Assembly (NCBI RefSeq): GCF_964355755.1
Contig: NC_092679.1
Span: forward strand, 9,454,201-9,518,200
DNA: 64,000 nucleotides
Direction: 5' to 3'
From: Antedon mediterranea
Taxonomy: Eukaryota > Animalia > Echinodermata
Below are positions 30,501-44,000 of this stretch, piece by piece. How positions within the stretch are numbered: position 1 is the stretch's first letter; the number at the start of each line of letters is the position of its first letter. The notes under the pieces are model-generated. The model had not been told where the DNA came from and ran no database searches. It worked only from the letters and a program-made list of their open reading frames with translations. Both the position numbers and the translations under genes were made by a program.

Positions 30501-33500
30501 AAACGTCTCCAATAGCGATTTGAAGCTTTTCTGTACACTTTGGTGTTTTTATGTTAACAAGTTTTTTCGAAAATCACAAAATGGTCTAAAACGTCTCCAA
30601 ATGCGATTTGAAGCTATTCTGTACACTTTGATGTTTTTATGTTAACAAGTTTTTTCGAAAATCACAAAATGGTCTAAAACGTCTACAAATGCGATTTGAA
30701 GCTATTCTGTACACTTTGATGCTTTTATGTTAACAAGTTTTTTCGAAAATCACAAAATGGTCTAAAACGTTTCCAAATGCGATTTGAAGCTATTCTGTAC
30801 ACTTTGATGTTTTGTGTGAAAATTTTCTGTCGAAATGCTCAAAATGGTCAAAAACGTTTTTAAATACGATATTAAGCTACTTTGTGCTCTTTGATGTTTT
30901 TGTGTGAAATGTTTTATCGAAATGCTCAAAATGGTCTAAAACGGTTTCTAATGTGATTTCAAGCACTTTGATGTTTTTGTGTAACCAAGTTTTTTGAAAA
31001 TCACAAAATTGTCTAAAACGTCTCCAAATGCGATTTGAAGCTATTCTAAGCACTTTGGTGTTTTTATGTTAACAAGTTTTTTTGAAAATCACAAAATGGT
31101 CTAAAACGTCTCTAAATGCGATTTGAAGCTTTTCTGTACAATTTGATGTTTTTATGTTAACAACTTTTTTCGAAAATCACAAAATGGTCTAAAATGTCTC
31201 CAAATGCGATTTGAAGCTATTCTAAGCACTTTGGTGTTTTTATGTTAACAAGTTTTTTCGAAAATCACAAAATGGTCTAAAACGTCTCCAAATGCGATTT
31301 GAAGCTATTCTGTACACTTTGATGTTTTTATGTTAACAAGTTTTTTCGAAAATCACAAAATGGTCTAAAATGTCTACAAATGCGATTTGAAGCTATTCTG
31401 TACACTTTGATGTTTTTATGTTAGCAAGTTTTTTCGAAAATCACAAAATGGTCTAAAACGTCTACAAATGCGATTTGAAGCTAATCTGTACACTTTGATG
31501 TTTTTATGTTAACAAGTTTTTTCGAAAATCACAAAAGGGTCTAAAATGTCTGTAAATGCGATTTGAAGCTATTTAAAGCACTTTGGTGTTTTTAGGTTAA
31601 CAAGTTTTTTCGAAAATCACAAAATGGTCTAAAACGTCTACAAATGCGATTTGAAGCTATTCTAAGCACTTTTGTGTTTTTGTGTTAACAAGTTTTTCGA
31701 AAATCACAAAATGGTCTAAAACGTTTCCAAATGCGATTTGAAGCTATTCTGTACACTTTGATGTTTTGTGTGAAAATTTTCTTTCGAAATGCTCAAAATG
31801 GTCAAAAACGTTTTTAAATACGATATTAAGCTACTTTGTGCTCTTTGATGTTTTTGTGTGAAATGTTTTATCGAAATGCTCAAAATGGTCTAAAACGGTT
31901 TCTAATGTGATTTCAAGCACTTTGATGTTTTTGTGTAACCAAGTTTTTCGAAAATCACAAAATTGTCTCAAACGTCTCCAAATGCGATTTGAAGCTATTC
32001 TGTACACTTTGATGTTTTTATGTTAACAAGTTTTTCGAAAATCACAAAATGGTCTAAAACGTCTCCAAATGCGATTTGAAGCTATTCTGTACACTTTGAT
32101 GTTTTTATGTTAACAAGTTTTTCGAAAATCACAAAATGGTCTAAAACGTCTCTAAATGCGATTTGAAGCTTTTCTGTACACTTTAATGTTTTTATGTTAA
32201 CAACTTTTTTCGAAAATCACAAAATGGTCTAAAATGTCTCCAAATGCGATTTGAAGCTATTCTAAGCACTTTGATGTTTTTATGTTAACAAGTTTTTTCG
32301 AAAATCACAAAATGGTCTAAAACGTCTACAAATGCGATTTGAAGCTATTCTAAGCACTTTTGTGTTTTTATGTTAACAAGTTTTTTCGAAAATCACAAAA
32401 TGGTCTAAAACGTTTCAAAATGCGATTTGAAGCTTTTCTTTACACTTTGGTGTTTTTATGTTAACAAGTTTTTTCGAAAATCACAAAATGGTCTAAAACG
32501 TCTCCAAATGCGATTTGAAGCTATTCTGTACACTTTGATGTTTTTATGTTAACAAGTTATTTCGAAGATCACAAAATGGTCTAAAACGTCTACAAATGCA
32601 ATTTGAAGCTATTCTAAGCACTTTTGTGTTTTTATGTTAACAAGTTTTTTTCGAAAATCACAAAATGGTCTAAAACGTCTGCAAATGCGATTTTAAACTA
32701 TTCTTAGCACATTGGTGTTTTTATTTAAACAAATTTTTTCGAAACTCACAAAATGGTCTAAAACGTCTCCAAATGCGATTTGAAGCTATTTTAAGCACTT
32801 TGGTGTTTTTGTGTTAACAAGTTTTTCGAAATGCTCAAAATGGTCTAAAACGTTTTTAAACACGATATTAAGCTATTTTGTGCTCTTTGATGTTTTTTTG
32901 TGAAAAGTTTTAGCAAAATGCTCAAAATGGTCTAAAACGATTTCTAATGTGATTTTAAGCACTTTGATGTTTTTATGTTAACTAGTTTTTTCGAAAATCA
33001 CAAAATGGTCTAAAACGTCTCCAAATGCGATTTGAAGCTATTTTAAGCACTTAGGTGCTTTTGTGTAACCAAGTTTTTTTGAAAATCACAAAAGGGTCTA
33101 AAATGTCTCCAAATGTGATTTGAAGCTATTTTAAGCACTTTGGTGTTTTTGTGTTAACAAGTTTTTCGGAAATCACAAAATTGTCTAAAACGTCTCCAAA
33201 TGCGATTTGAAGCTATTCGGTACACTTTGATGTTTTTATGTTAACAAGTTTTTTAGAAAATCACAAAATGGTCTAAAACATCTCCAAATGCGATTTAAAG
33301 CTATTTTAAGCACTTTGGTGTTTTTATGTTAACAAGTTTTTTCGAAAATCACAAAATGGTCTAAAACGTCTCCAAATGCGATTTGAAGCTATTTTAAGCA
33401 CTTTGGTGTTTTTGTGTTAACAAGTTTTTCGAAATGCTCAAAATGGTCTAAAACGTTTCCAAATGCGATTTGAAGCTATTCTGTACACTTTGATGTTTTG

Positions 33501-36500
33501 TGTGAAAATTTTCTGTCGAAATGCTCAAAATGGTCAAAAACGTTTTTAAATACGATATTAAGCTACTTTGTGCTCTTTGATGTTTTTGTGTGAAATGTTT
33601 TATCGAAATGCTCAAAATGGTCTAAAACGGTTTCTAATGTGATTTCAAGCACTTTGATGTTTTTGTGTAACCAAGTTTTTCGAAAATCACAAAATTGTCT
33701 AAAACGTCTCCAAATGCGATTTGAAGCTATTCTGTACTCTTTGATTTTTTTATTTTAACAAGTTTTTCGAAAATCACAAAATGGTCTAAAACGTCTCCAA
33801 ATGTGATTTGAAGCTATTCTGTACACTTTTATGTTTTTATGTTAGCAAGTTTTTTTGAAAATCACAAAATGGTCTAAAACGTCTACAAATGCGATTTGAA
33901 GCTAATCTGTACACTTTGATGTTTTTATGTTAACAAGTTTTTTCGAAAATCACAAAATGGTCTAAAACGTTTCCAAATGCGATTTGAAGCTATTCTGTAC
34001 ACTTTGATGTTTTGTGTGAAAATTTTCTGTCGAAATGCTCAAAATGGTCAAAAACGTTTTTAAATACGATATTAAGCTACTTTGTGCTCTTTGATGTTTT
34101 TGTGTGAAATGTTTTATCGAAATTCTCAAAATGGTCTAAAACGGTTTCTAATGTGATTTCAAGCACTTTGATGTTTTTGTGTAACCAAGTTTTTCGAAAA
34201 TCACAAAATTGTCTAAAACGTCTCCAAATGCGATTTGAAGCTATTCTGTACACTTTGATGTTTTTATGTTAACAAGTTTTTCGAAAATCACAAAATGGTC
34301 TAAAACGTCTCCAAATGTGATTTGAAGCTATTCTGTACACTTTTATGTTTTTATGTTAGCAAGTTTTTTCGAAAATCACAAAATGGTCTAAAACGTCTAC
34401 AAATGCGATTTGAAGCTAATCTGTACACTTTGATGTTTTTATGTTAACAAGTTTTTTCGAAAATCACAAAATGGTCTAAAACGTTTCCAAATGCGATTTG
34501 AAGCTATTCTGTACACTTTGATGTTTTGTGTGAAAATTTTCTGTCGAAATGCTCAAAATGGTCAAAAACGTTTTTAAATACGATATTAAGCTACTTTGTG
34601 CTCTTTGATGTTTTTGTGTGAAATGTTTTATCGAAATGCTCAAAATGGTCTAAAACGGTTTCTAATGTGATTTCAAGCACTTTGATGTTTTTGTGTAACC
34701 AAGTTTTTCGAAAATCACAAAATTGTCTAAAACGTCTCCAAATGCGATTTGAAGCTATTCTGTACACTTTGATGTTTTTATGTTAACAAGTTTTTCGAAA
34801 ATCACAAAATGGTCTAAAACGTCTCCAAATGCGATTTGAAGCTATTCTGTACACTTTGATGTTTTTATGTTAACAAGTTTTTCGAAAATCACAAAATGGT
34901 CTAAAACGTCTCTAAATGCGATTTGAAGCTTTTCTGTACACTTTGATGTTTTTATGTTAACAACTTTTTTCGAAAATCACAAAATGGTCTAAAATGTCTC
35001 CAAATGCGATTTGAAGCTATTCTAAGCACTTTGATGTTTTTATGTTAACAAGTTTTTTCGAAAATCACAAAATGGTCTAAAACGTCTCCAATAGCGATTT
35101 TAAGCTATTCTGTACACTTTGATGTTTTTATGTTAACAACTTTTTTCGAAAATCACAAAATGGTCTAAAATGTCTCCAAATGCGATTTGAAGCTATTCTA
35201 AGCACTTTGGTGTTTTTATGGAAACAATTTTTTTCGAAAATCACAAAATGGTCTAAAACGTCTCCAATAGCGATTTGAAGCTTTTCTTTACACTTTGGTG
35301 TTTTTATGTTAACAAGTTTTTTCGAAAATCACAAAATGGTCTAAAACGTCTCCAAATGCGATTTGAAGCTATTCTGTACACTTTGATGTTTTTATGTTAA
35401 CAAGTTTTTTCGAAAATCACAAAATGGTCTAAAACGTCTACAAATGCAATTTGAAGCTATTCTAAGCACTTTGATGTTTTTATGTTAACAAGTTTTTTCG
35501 AAAATCACAAAATGGTCTAAAACGTCTGCAAATGCAATTTGAAGCTATTCTAAGCACTTTTGTGTTTTTATTTAAACAAATTTTTTCGAAACTCACAAAA
35601 TGGTCTAAAACGTCTCCAAATGCGATTTGAAGCTATTTTAAGCACTTTGGTGTTTTTGTGTTAACAAGTTTTTCGAAATGCTCAAAATGGTCTAAAACGT
35701 TTTTAAACACGATATTAAGCTATTTTGTACTCTTTGATGTTTTTTTGTGAAAAGTTTTAGCAAAATGCTCAAAATGGTCTAAAACGATTTCTAATGTGAT
35801 TTTAAGCACTTTGATGTTTTTATGTTAACTAGTTTTTTCGAAAATCACAAAATGGTCTAAAACGTCTCCAAATGCGATTTGAAGCTATTTTAAGCACTTA
35901 GGTGCTTTTGTATAACCAAGTTTTTTTTGAAAATCACAAAAGGGTCTAAAATGTCTCCAAATGTGATTTGAAGCTATTTTAAGCACTTTGGTGTTTTTGT
36001 GTTAACAAGTTTTTCGAAAATCACAAAATTGTCTAAAACGTCTCCAAATGCGATTTGAAGCTATTCTGTACACTTTGATGTTTTTATGTTAACAAGTTTT
36101 TTAGAAAATCATAAAATGGTCTAAAACATCTCCAAATGCGATTTAAAGCTATTCTGTACACTTTGGTGTTTTTATGTTAACAAGTTTTTTCGAAAATCAC
36201 AAAATGGTCTAAAACGTCTCCAAATGCGATTTAAAGCTATTTTAAGCACTTTTGTGTTTTTGTGTAACCAAGTTTTTTCGAAAATCACAAAAGGGTCTAA
36301 AATGTCTGTAAATGCGATTTGAAGCTATTTAAAGCACTTTGGTGTTTTTAGGTTAACAGGTTTTTTCGAAAATCACAAAATGGTCTAAAACGTCTACAAA
36401 TGCGATTTGAAGCTATTCTAAGCACTTTGGTGTTTTTATGTTAACAAGTTTTTTTGAAAATCACAAAATGGTCTAAAACGTCTCTAAATGCGATTTGAAG

Positions 36501-39500
36501 CTTTTCTGTACACTTTAATGTTTTTATGTTTAACAACTTTTTTCGAAAATCACAAAATGGTCTAAAACGTCTCCAATAGCGATTTGAAGCTTTTCTGTAC
36601 ACTTTGGTGTTTTTATGTTAACAAGTTTTTTCGAAAATCACAAAATGGTCTAAAACGTCTCCAAATGCGATTTGAAGCTAATCTGTACACTTTGATGTTT
36701 TTATGTTAACAAGTTTTTTCGAAAATCACAAAATGGTCTAAAACGTTTCCAAATGCGATTTGAAGCTATTCTGTACACTTTGATGTTTTGTGTGAAAATT
36801 TTCTGTCGAAATGCTCAAAATGGTCAAAAACGTTTTTAAATACGATATTAAGCTACTTTGTGCTCTTTGATGTTTTTGTGTGAAATGTTTTATCGAAATG
36901 CTCAAAATGGTCTAAAACGGTTTCTAATGTGATTTCAAGCACTTTGATGTTTTTGTGTAACCAAGTTTTTCGAAAATCACAAAATTGTCTAAAACGTCTC
37001 CAAATGCGATTTGAAGCTATTCTGTACACTTTGATGTTTTTATGTTAACAAGTTTTTTTGAAAATCACAAAATGGTCTAAAACGTCTCTAAATGCAATTT
37101 TAAGCTTTTCTGTACACTTTAATGTTTTTATGTTTAACAACTTTTTTCGAAAATCACAAAATGGTCTAAAATGTCTCCAAATGCGATTTGAAGCTATTCT
37201 AAGCACTTTGGTGTTTTTATGGAAACAATTTTTTTCGAAAATCACAAAATGGTCTAAAACGTCTCCAATAGCGATTTGAAGCTTTTCTGTACACTTTGGT
37301 GTTTTTATGTTAACAAGTTTTTTCGAAAATCACAAAATGGTCTAAAACGTCTCCAAATGCGATTTGAAGCTATTCTGTACACTTTGATGTTTTTATGTTA
37401 ACAAGTTTTTTCGAAAATCACAAAATGGTCTAAAACGTCTACAAATGCGATTTGAAGCTATTCTGTACACTTTGATGCTTTTATGTTAACAAGTTTTTTC
37501 GAAAATCACAAAATGGTCTAAAACGTTTCCAAATGCGATTTGAAGCTATTCTGTACACTTTGATGTTTTGTGTGAAAATTTTCTGTCGAAATGCTCAAAA
37601 TGGTCAAAAACGTTTTTAAATACGATATTAAGCTACTTTGTGCTCTTTGATGTTTTTGTGTGAAATGTTTTATCGAAATGCTCAAAATGGTCTAAAACGG
37701 TTTCTAATGTGATTTCAAGCACTTTGATGTTTTTGTGTAACCAAGTTTTTTGAAAATCACAAAATTGTCTAAAACGTCTCCAAATGCGATTTGAAGCTAT
37801 TCTAAGCACTTTGGTGTTTTTATGTTAACAAGTTTTTTTGAAAATCACAAAATGGTCTAAAACGTCTCTAAATGCGATTTGAAGCTTTTCTGTACAATTT
37901 GATGTTTTTATGTTAACAACTTTTTTCGAAAATCACAAAATGGTCTAAAATGTCTCCAAATGCGATTTGAAGCTATTCTAAGCACTTTGGTGTTTTTATG
38001 TTAACAAGTTTTTTCGAAAATAACAAAATGGTCTAAAACGTCTCCAAATGCGATTTGAAGCTATTCTGTACACTTTGATGTTTTTATGTTAACAAGTTTT
38101 TTCGAAAATCACAAAATGGTCTAAAATGTCTACAAATGCGATTTGAAGCTATTCTGTACACTTTGATGTTTTTATGTTAGCAAGTTTTTTCGAAAATCAC
38201 AAAATGGTCTAAAACGTCTACAAATGCGATTTGAAGCTAATCTGTACACTTTGATGTTTTTATGTTAACAAGTTTTTTCGAAAATCACAAAAGGGTCTAA
38301 AATGTCTGTAAATGCGATTTGAAGCTATTTAAAGCACTTTGGTGTTTTTAGGTTAACAAGTTTTTTCGAAAATCACAAAATGGTCTAAAACGTCTACAAA
38401 TGCGATTTGAAGCTATTCTAAGCACTTTTGTGTTTTTGTGTTAACAAGTTTTTCGAAAATCACAAAATGGTCTAAAACGTTTCCAAATGCGATTTGAAGC
38501 TATTCTGTACACTTTGATGTTTTGTGTGAAAATTTTCTTTCGAAATGCTCAAAATGGTCAAAAACGTTTTTAAATACGATATTAAGCTACTTTGTGCTCT
38601 TTGATGTTTTTGTGTGAAATGTTTTATCGAAATGCTCAAAATGGTCTAAAACGGTTTCTAATGTGATTTCAAGCACTTTGATGTTTTTGTGTAACCAAGT
38701 TTTTCGAAAATCACAAAATTGTCTCAAACGTCTCCAAATGCGATTTGAAGCTATTCTGTACACTTTGATGTTTTTATGTTAACAAGTTTTTCGAAAATCA
38801 CAAAATGGTCTAAAACGTCTCCAAATGCGATTTGAAGCTATTCTGTACACTTTGATGTTTTTATGTTAACAAGTTTTTCGAAAATCACAAAATGGTCTAA
38901 AACGTCTCTAAATGCGATTTGAAGCTTTTCTGTACACTTTAATGTTTTTATGTTAACAACTTTTTTCGAAAATCACAAAATGGTCTAAAATGTCTCCAAA
39001 TGCGATTTGAAGCTATTCTAAGCACTTTGATGTTTTTATGTTAACAAGTTTTTTCGAAAATCACAAAATGGTCTAAAACGTCTACAAATGCGATTTGAAG
39101 CTATTCTAAGCACTTTTGTGTTTTTATGTTAACAAGTTTTTTCGAAAATCACAAAATGGTCTAAAACGTTTCAAAATGCGATTTGAAGCTTTTCTTTACA
39201 CTTTGGTGTTTTTATGTTAACAAGTTTTTTCGAAAATCACAAAATGGTCTAAAACGTCTCCAAATGCGATTTGAAGCTATTCTGTACACTTTGATGTTTT
39301 TATGTTAACAAGTTATTTCGAAGATCACAAAATGGTCTAAAACGTCTACAAATGCAATTTGAAGCTATTCTAAGCACTTTTGTGTTTTTATGTTAACAAG
39401 TTTTTTTCGAAAATCACAAAATGGTCTAAAACGTCTGCAAATGCGATTTTAAACTATTCTTAGCACATTGGTGTTTTTATTTAAACAAATTTTTTCGAAA

Positions 39501-41070
39501 CTCACAAAATGGTCTAAAACGTCTCCAAATGCGATTTGAAGCTATTTTAAGCACTTTGGTGTTTTTGTGTTAACAAGTTTTTCGAAATGCTCAAAATGGT
39601 CTAAAACGTTTTTAAACACGATATTAAGCTATTTTGTGCTCTTTGATGTTTTTTTGTGAAAAGTTTTAGCAAAATGCTCAAAATGGTCTAAAACGATTTC
39701 TAATGTGATTTTAAGCACTTTGATGTTTTTATGTTAACTAGTTTTTTCGAAAATCACAAAATGGTCTAAAACGTCTCCAAATGCGATTTGAAGCTATTTT
39801 AAGCACTTAGGTGCTTTTGTGTAACCAAGTTTTTTTGAAAATCACAAAAGGGTCTAAAATGTCTCCAAATGTGATTTGAAGCTATTTTAAGCACTTTGGT
39901 GTTTTTGTGTTAACAAGTTTTTCGGAAATCACAAAATTGTCTAAAACGTCTCCAAATGCGATTTGAAGCTATTCGGTACACTTTGATGTTTTTATGTTAA
40001 CAAGTTTTTTAGAAAATCACAAAATGGTCTAAAACATCTCCAAATGCGATTTAAAGCTATTTTAAGCACTTTGGTGTTTTTATGTTAACAAGTTTTTTCG
40101 AAAATCACAAAATGGTCTAAAACGTCTCCAAATGCGATTTGAAGCTATTTTAAGCACTTTGGTGTTTTTGTGTTAACAAGTTTTTCGAAATGCTCAAAAT
40201 GGTCTAAAATGTTTCCAAATGCGATTTGAAGCTATTCTGTACACTTTGATGTTTTGTGTGAAAATTTTCTGTCGAAATGCTCAAAATGGTCAAAAACGTT
40301 TTTAAATACGATATTAAGCTACTTTGTGCTCTTTGATGTTTTTGTGTGAAATGTTTTATCGAAATGCTCAAAATGGTCTAAAACGGTTTCTAATGTGATT
40401 TCAAGCACTTTGATGTTTTTGTGTAACCAAGTTTTTCGAAAATCACAAAATTGTCTAAAACGTCTCCAAATGCGATTTGAAGCTATTCTGTACTCTTTGA
40501 TTTTTTTATTTTAACAAGTTTTTCGAAAATCACAAAATGGTCTAAAACGTCTCCAAATGTGATTTGAAGCTATTCTGTACACTTTTATGTTTTTATGTTA
40601 GCAAGTTTTTTTGAAAATCACAAAATGGTCTAAAACGTCTACAAATGCGATTTGAAGCTAATCTGTACACTTTGATGTTTTTATGTTAACAAGTTTTTTC
40701 GAAAATCACAAAATGGTCTAAAACGTTTCCAAATGCGATTTGAAGCTATTCTGTACACTTTGATGTTTTGTGTGAAAATTTTCTGTCGAAATGCTCAAAA
40801 TGGTCAAAAACGTTTTTAAATACGATATTAAGCTACTTTGTGCTCTTTGATGTTTTTGTGTGAAATGTTTTATCGAAATTCTCAAAATGGTCTAAAACGG
40901 TTTCTAATGTGATTTCAAGCACTTTGATGTTTTTGTGTAACCAAGTTTTTCGAAAATCACAAAATTGTCTAAAACGTCTCCAAATGCGATTTGAAGCTAT
41001 TCTGTACACTTTGATGTTTTTATGTTAACAAGTTTTTCGAAAATCACAAAATGGTCTAAAACGTCTCCAA
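27520..41070. repeat. 6,756-bp tandem segmental duplication within the satellite (two copies)
   Basis: Rare variants pair at a constant offset of 6756: CAGGTTT 29601/36357, ATTCGGTA 33215/39971, GAAATTCTC 34119/40875, GTGA..CTTTTATG 27561/34317. Breakpoints are approximate. Confidence 0.9.
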
Positions 41071-44000
41071 ATGCGATTTGAAGCTATTCTGTACACTTTG
41101 ATGTTTTTATGTTAACAAGTTTTTCGAAAATCACAAAATGGTCTAAAACGTCTCTAAATGCGATTTGAAGATTTTCTGTACACTTTGATGTTTTTATGTT
41201 AACAACTTTTTTCGAAAATCACAAAATGGTCTAAAATGTCTCCAAATGCGATTTGAAGCTATTCTAAGCACTTTGATGTTTTTATGTTAACAAGTTTTTT
41301 CGAAAATCACAAAATGGTCTAAAACGTCTCCAATAGCGATTTTAAGCTATTCTGTACACTTTGATGTTTTTATGTTAACAACTTTTTTCGAAAATCACAA
41401 AATGGTCTAAAATGTCTCCAAATGCGATTTGAAGCTATTCTAAGCACTTTGGTGTTTTTATGGAAACAATTTTTTTCGAAAATCACAAAATGGTCTAAAA
41501 CGTCTCCAATAGCGATTTGAAGCTTTTCTTTACACTTTGGTGTTTTTATGTTAACAAGTTTTTTCGAAAATCACAAAATGGTCTAAAACGTCTCCAAATG
41601 CGATTTGAAGCTATTCTGTACACTTTGATGTTTTTATGTTAACAAGTTTTTTCGAAAATCACAAAATGGTCTAAAACGTCTACAAATGCAATTTGAAGCT
41701 ATTCTAAGCACTTTGATGTTTTTATGTTAACAAGTTTTTTCGAAAATCACAAAATGGTCTAAAACGTCTGCAAATGCAATTTGAAGCTATTCTAAGCACT
41801 TTTGTGTTTTTATTTAAACAAATTTTTTCGAAACTCACAAAATGGTCTAAAACGTCTCCAAATGCGATTTGAAGCTATTTTAAGCACTTTGGTGTTTTTG
41901 TGTTAACAAGTTTTTCGAAATGCTCAAAATGGTCTAAAACGTTTTTAAACACGATATTAAGCTATTTTGTACTCTTTGATGTTTTTTTGTGAAAAGTTTT
42001 AGCAAAATGCTCAAAATGGTCTAAAACGATTTCTAATGTGATTTTAAGCACTTTGATGTTTTTATGTTAACTAGTTTTTTCGAAAATCACAAAATGGTCT
42101 AAAACGTCTCCAAATGCGATTTGAAGCTATTTTAAGCACTTAGGTGCTTTTGTGTAACCAAGTTTTTTTTGAAAATCACAAAAGGGTCTAAAATGTCTCC
42201 AAATGTGATTTGAAGCTATTTTAAGCACTTTGATGTTTTTATGTTAACAAGTTTTTTAGAAAATCACAAAATGGTCTAAAACATCTCTAAATGCGATTTA
42301 AAGCTATTCTGTACACTTTGGTGTTTTTATGTTAACAAGTTTTTTCGAAAATCACAAAATGGTCTAAAACGTCTCCAAATGCGATTTAAAGCTATTTAAA
42401 GCACTTTGGTGTTTTTAGGTTAACAAGTTTTTTTCGAAAATCACAAAATGGTCTAAAACGTCTACAAATGCGATTTGAAGCTATTCTAAGCACTTTGGTG
42501 TTTTTATGTTAACAAGTTTTTTTGAAAATCACAAAATGGTCTAAAACGTCTCTAAATGCGATTTGAAGCTTTTCTGTACACTTTAATGTTTTTATGTTTA
42601 ACAACTTTTTTCGAAAATCACAAAATGGTCTAAAATGTCTCCAAATGCGATTTGAAGCTATTCTAAGCACTTTGGTGTTTTTATGGAAACAATTTTTTTC
42701 GAAAATCACAAAATGGTCTAAAACGTCTCCAATAGCGATTTGAAGCTTTTCTGTACACTTTGGTGTTTTTATGTTAACAAGTTTTTTCGAAAATCACAAA
42801 ATGGTCTAAAACGTCTCCAAATGCGATTTGAAGCTAATCTGTACACTTTGATGTTTTTATGTTAACAAGTTTTTTCGAAAATCACAAAATGGTCTAAAAC
42901 GTTTCCAAATGCGATTTGAAGCTATTCTGTACACTTTGATGTTTTGTGTGAAAATTTTCTGTCGAAATGCTCAAAATGGTCAAAAACGTTTTTAAATACG
43001 ATATTAAGCTACTTTGTGCTCTTTGATGTTTTTGTGTGAAATGTTTTATCGAAATGCTCAAAATGGTCTAAAACGGTTTCTAATGTGATTTCAAGCACTT
43101 TGATGTTTTTGTGTAACCAAGTTTTTCGAAAATCACAAAATTGTCTAAAACGTCTCCAAATGCGATTTGAAGCTATTCTGTACACTTTGATGTTTTTATG
43201 TTAACAAGTTTTTTTGAAAATCACAAAATGGTCTAAAACGTCTCTAAATGCAATTTTAAGCTTTTCTGTACACTTTAATGTTTTTATGTTTAACAACTTT
43301 TTTCGAAAATCACAAAATGGTCTAAAATGTCTCCAAATGCGATTTGAAGCTATTCTAAGCACTTTGGTGTTTTTATGGAAACAATTTTTTTCGAAAATCA
43401 CAAAATGGTCTAAAACGTCTCCAATAGCGATTTGAAGCTTTTCTGTACACTTTGGTGTTTTTATGTTAACAAGTTTTTTCGAAAATCACAAAATGGTCTA
43501 AAACGTCTCCAAATGCGATTTGAAGCTATTCTGTACACTTTGATGTTTTTATGTTAACAAGTTTTTTCGAAAATCACAAAATGGTCTAAAACGTCTACAA
43601 ATGCGATTTGAAGCTATTCTGTACACTTTGATGCTTTTATGTTAACAAGTTTTTTCGAAAATCACAAAATGGTCTAAAACGTTTCCAAATGCGATTTGAA
43701 GCTATTCTGTACACTTTGATGTTTTGTGTGAAAATTTTCTGTCGAAATGCTCAAAATGGTCAAAAACGTTTTTAAATACGATATTAAGCTACTTTGTGCT
43801 CTTTGATGTTTTTGTGTGAAATGTTTTATCGAAATGCTCAAAATGGTCTAAAACGGTTTCTAATGTGATTTCAAGCACTTTGATGTTTTTGTGTAACCAA
43901 GTTTTTTGAAAATCACAAAATTGTCTAAAACGTCTCCAAATGCGATTTGAAGCTATTCTAAGCACTTTGGTGTTTTTATGTTAACAAGTTTTTTTGAAAA

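Noticed and set aside
1301-43435. Supplied ORFs within the satellite (e.g. 1301-1525, 5610-5861, 13560-13760, 23449-23742, 30097-30489, 43201-43435)
   Set aside because: Chance read-through of 88-bp monomers with repeated KITKWSK/CDFRK words, mostly non-ATG starts and overlaps on both strands; no coding signal.
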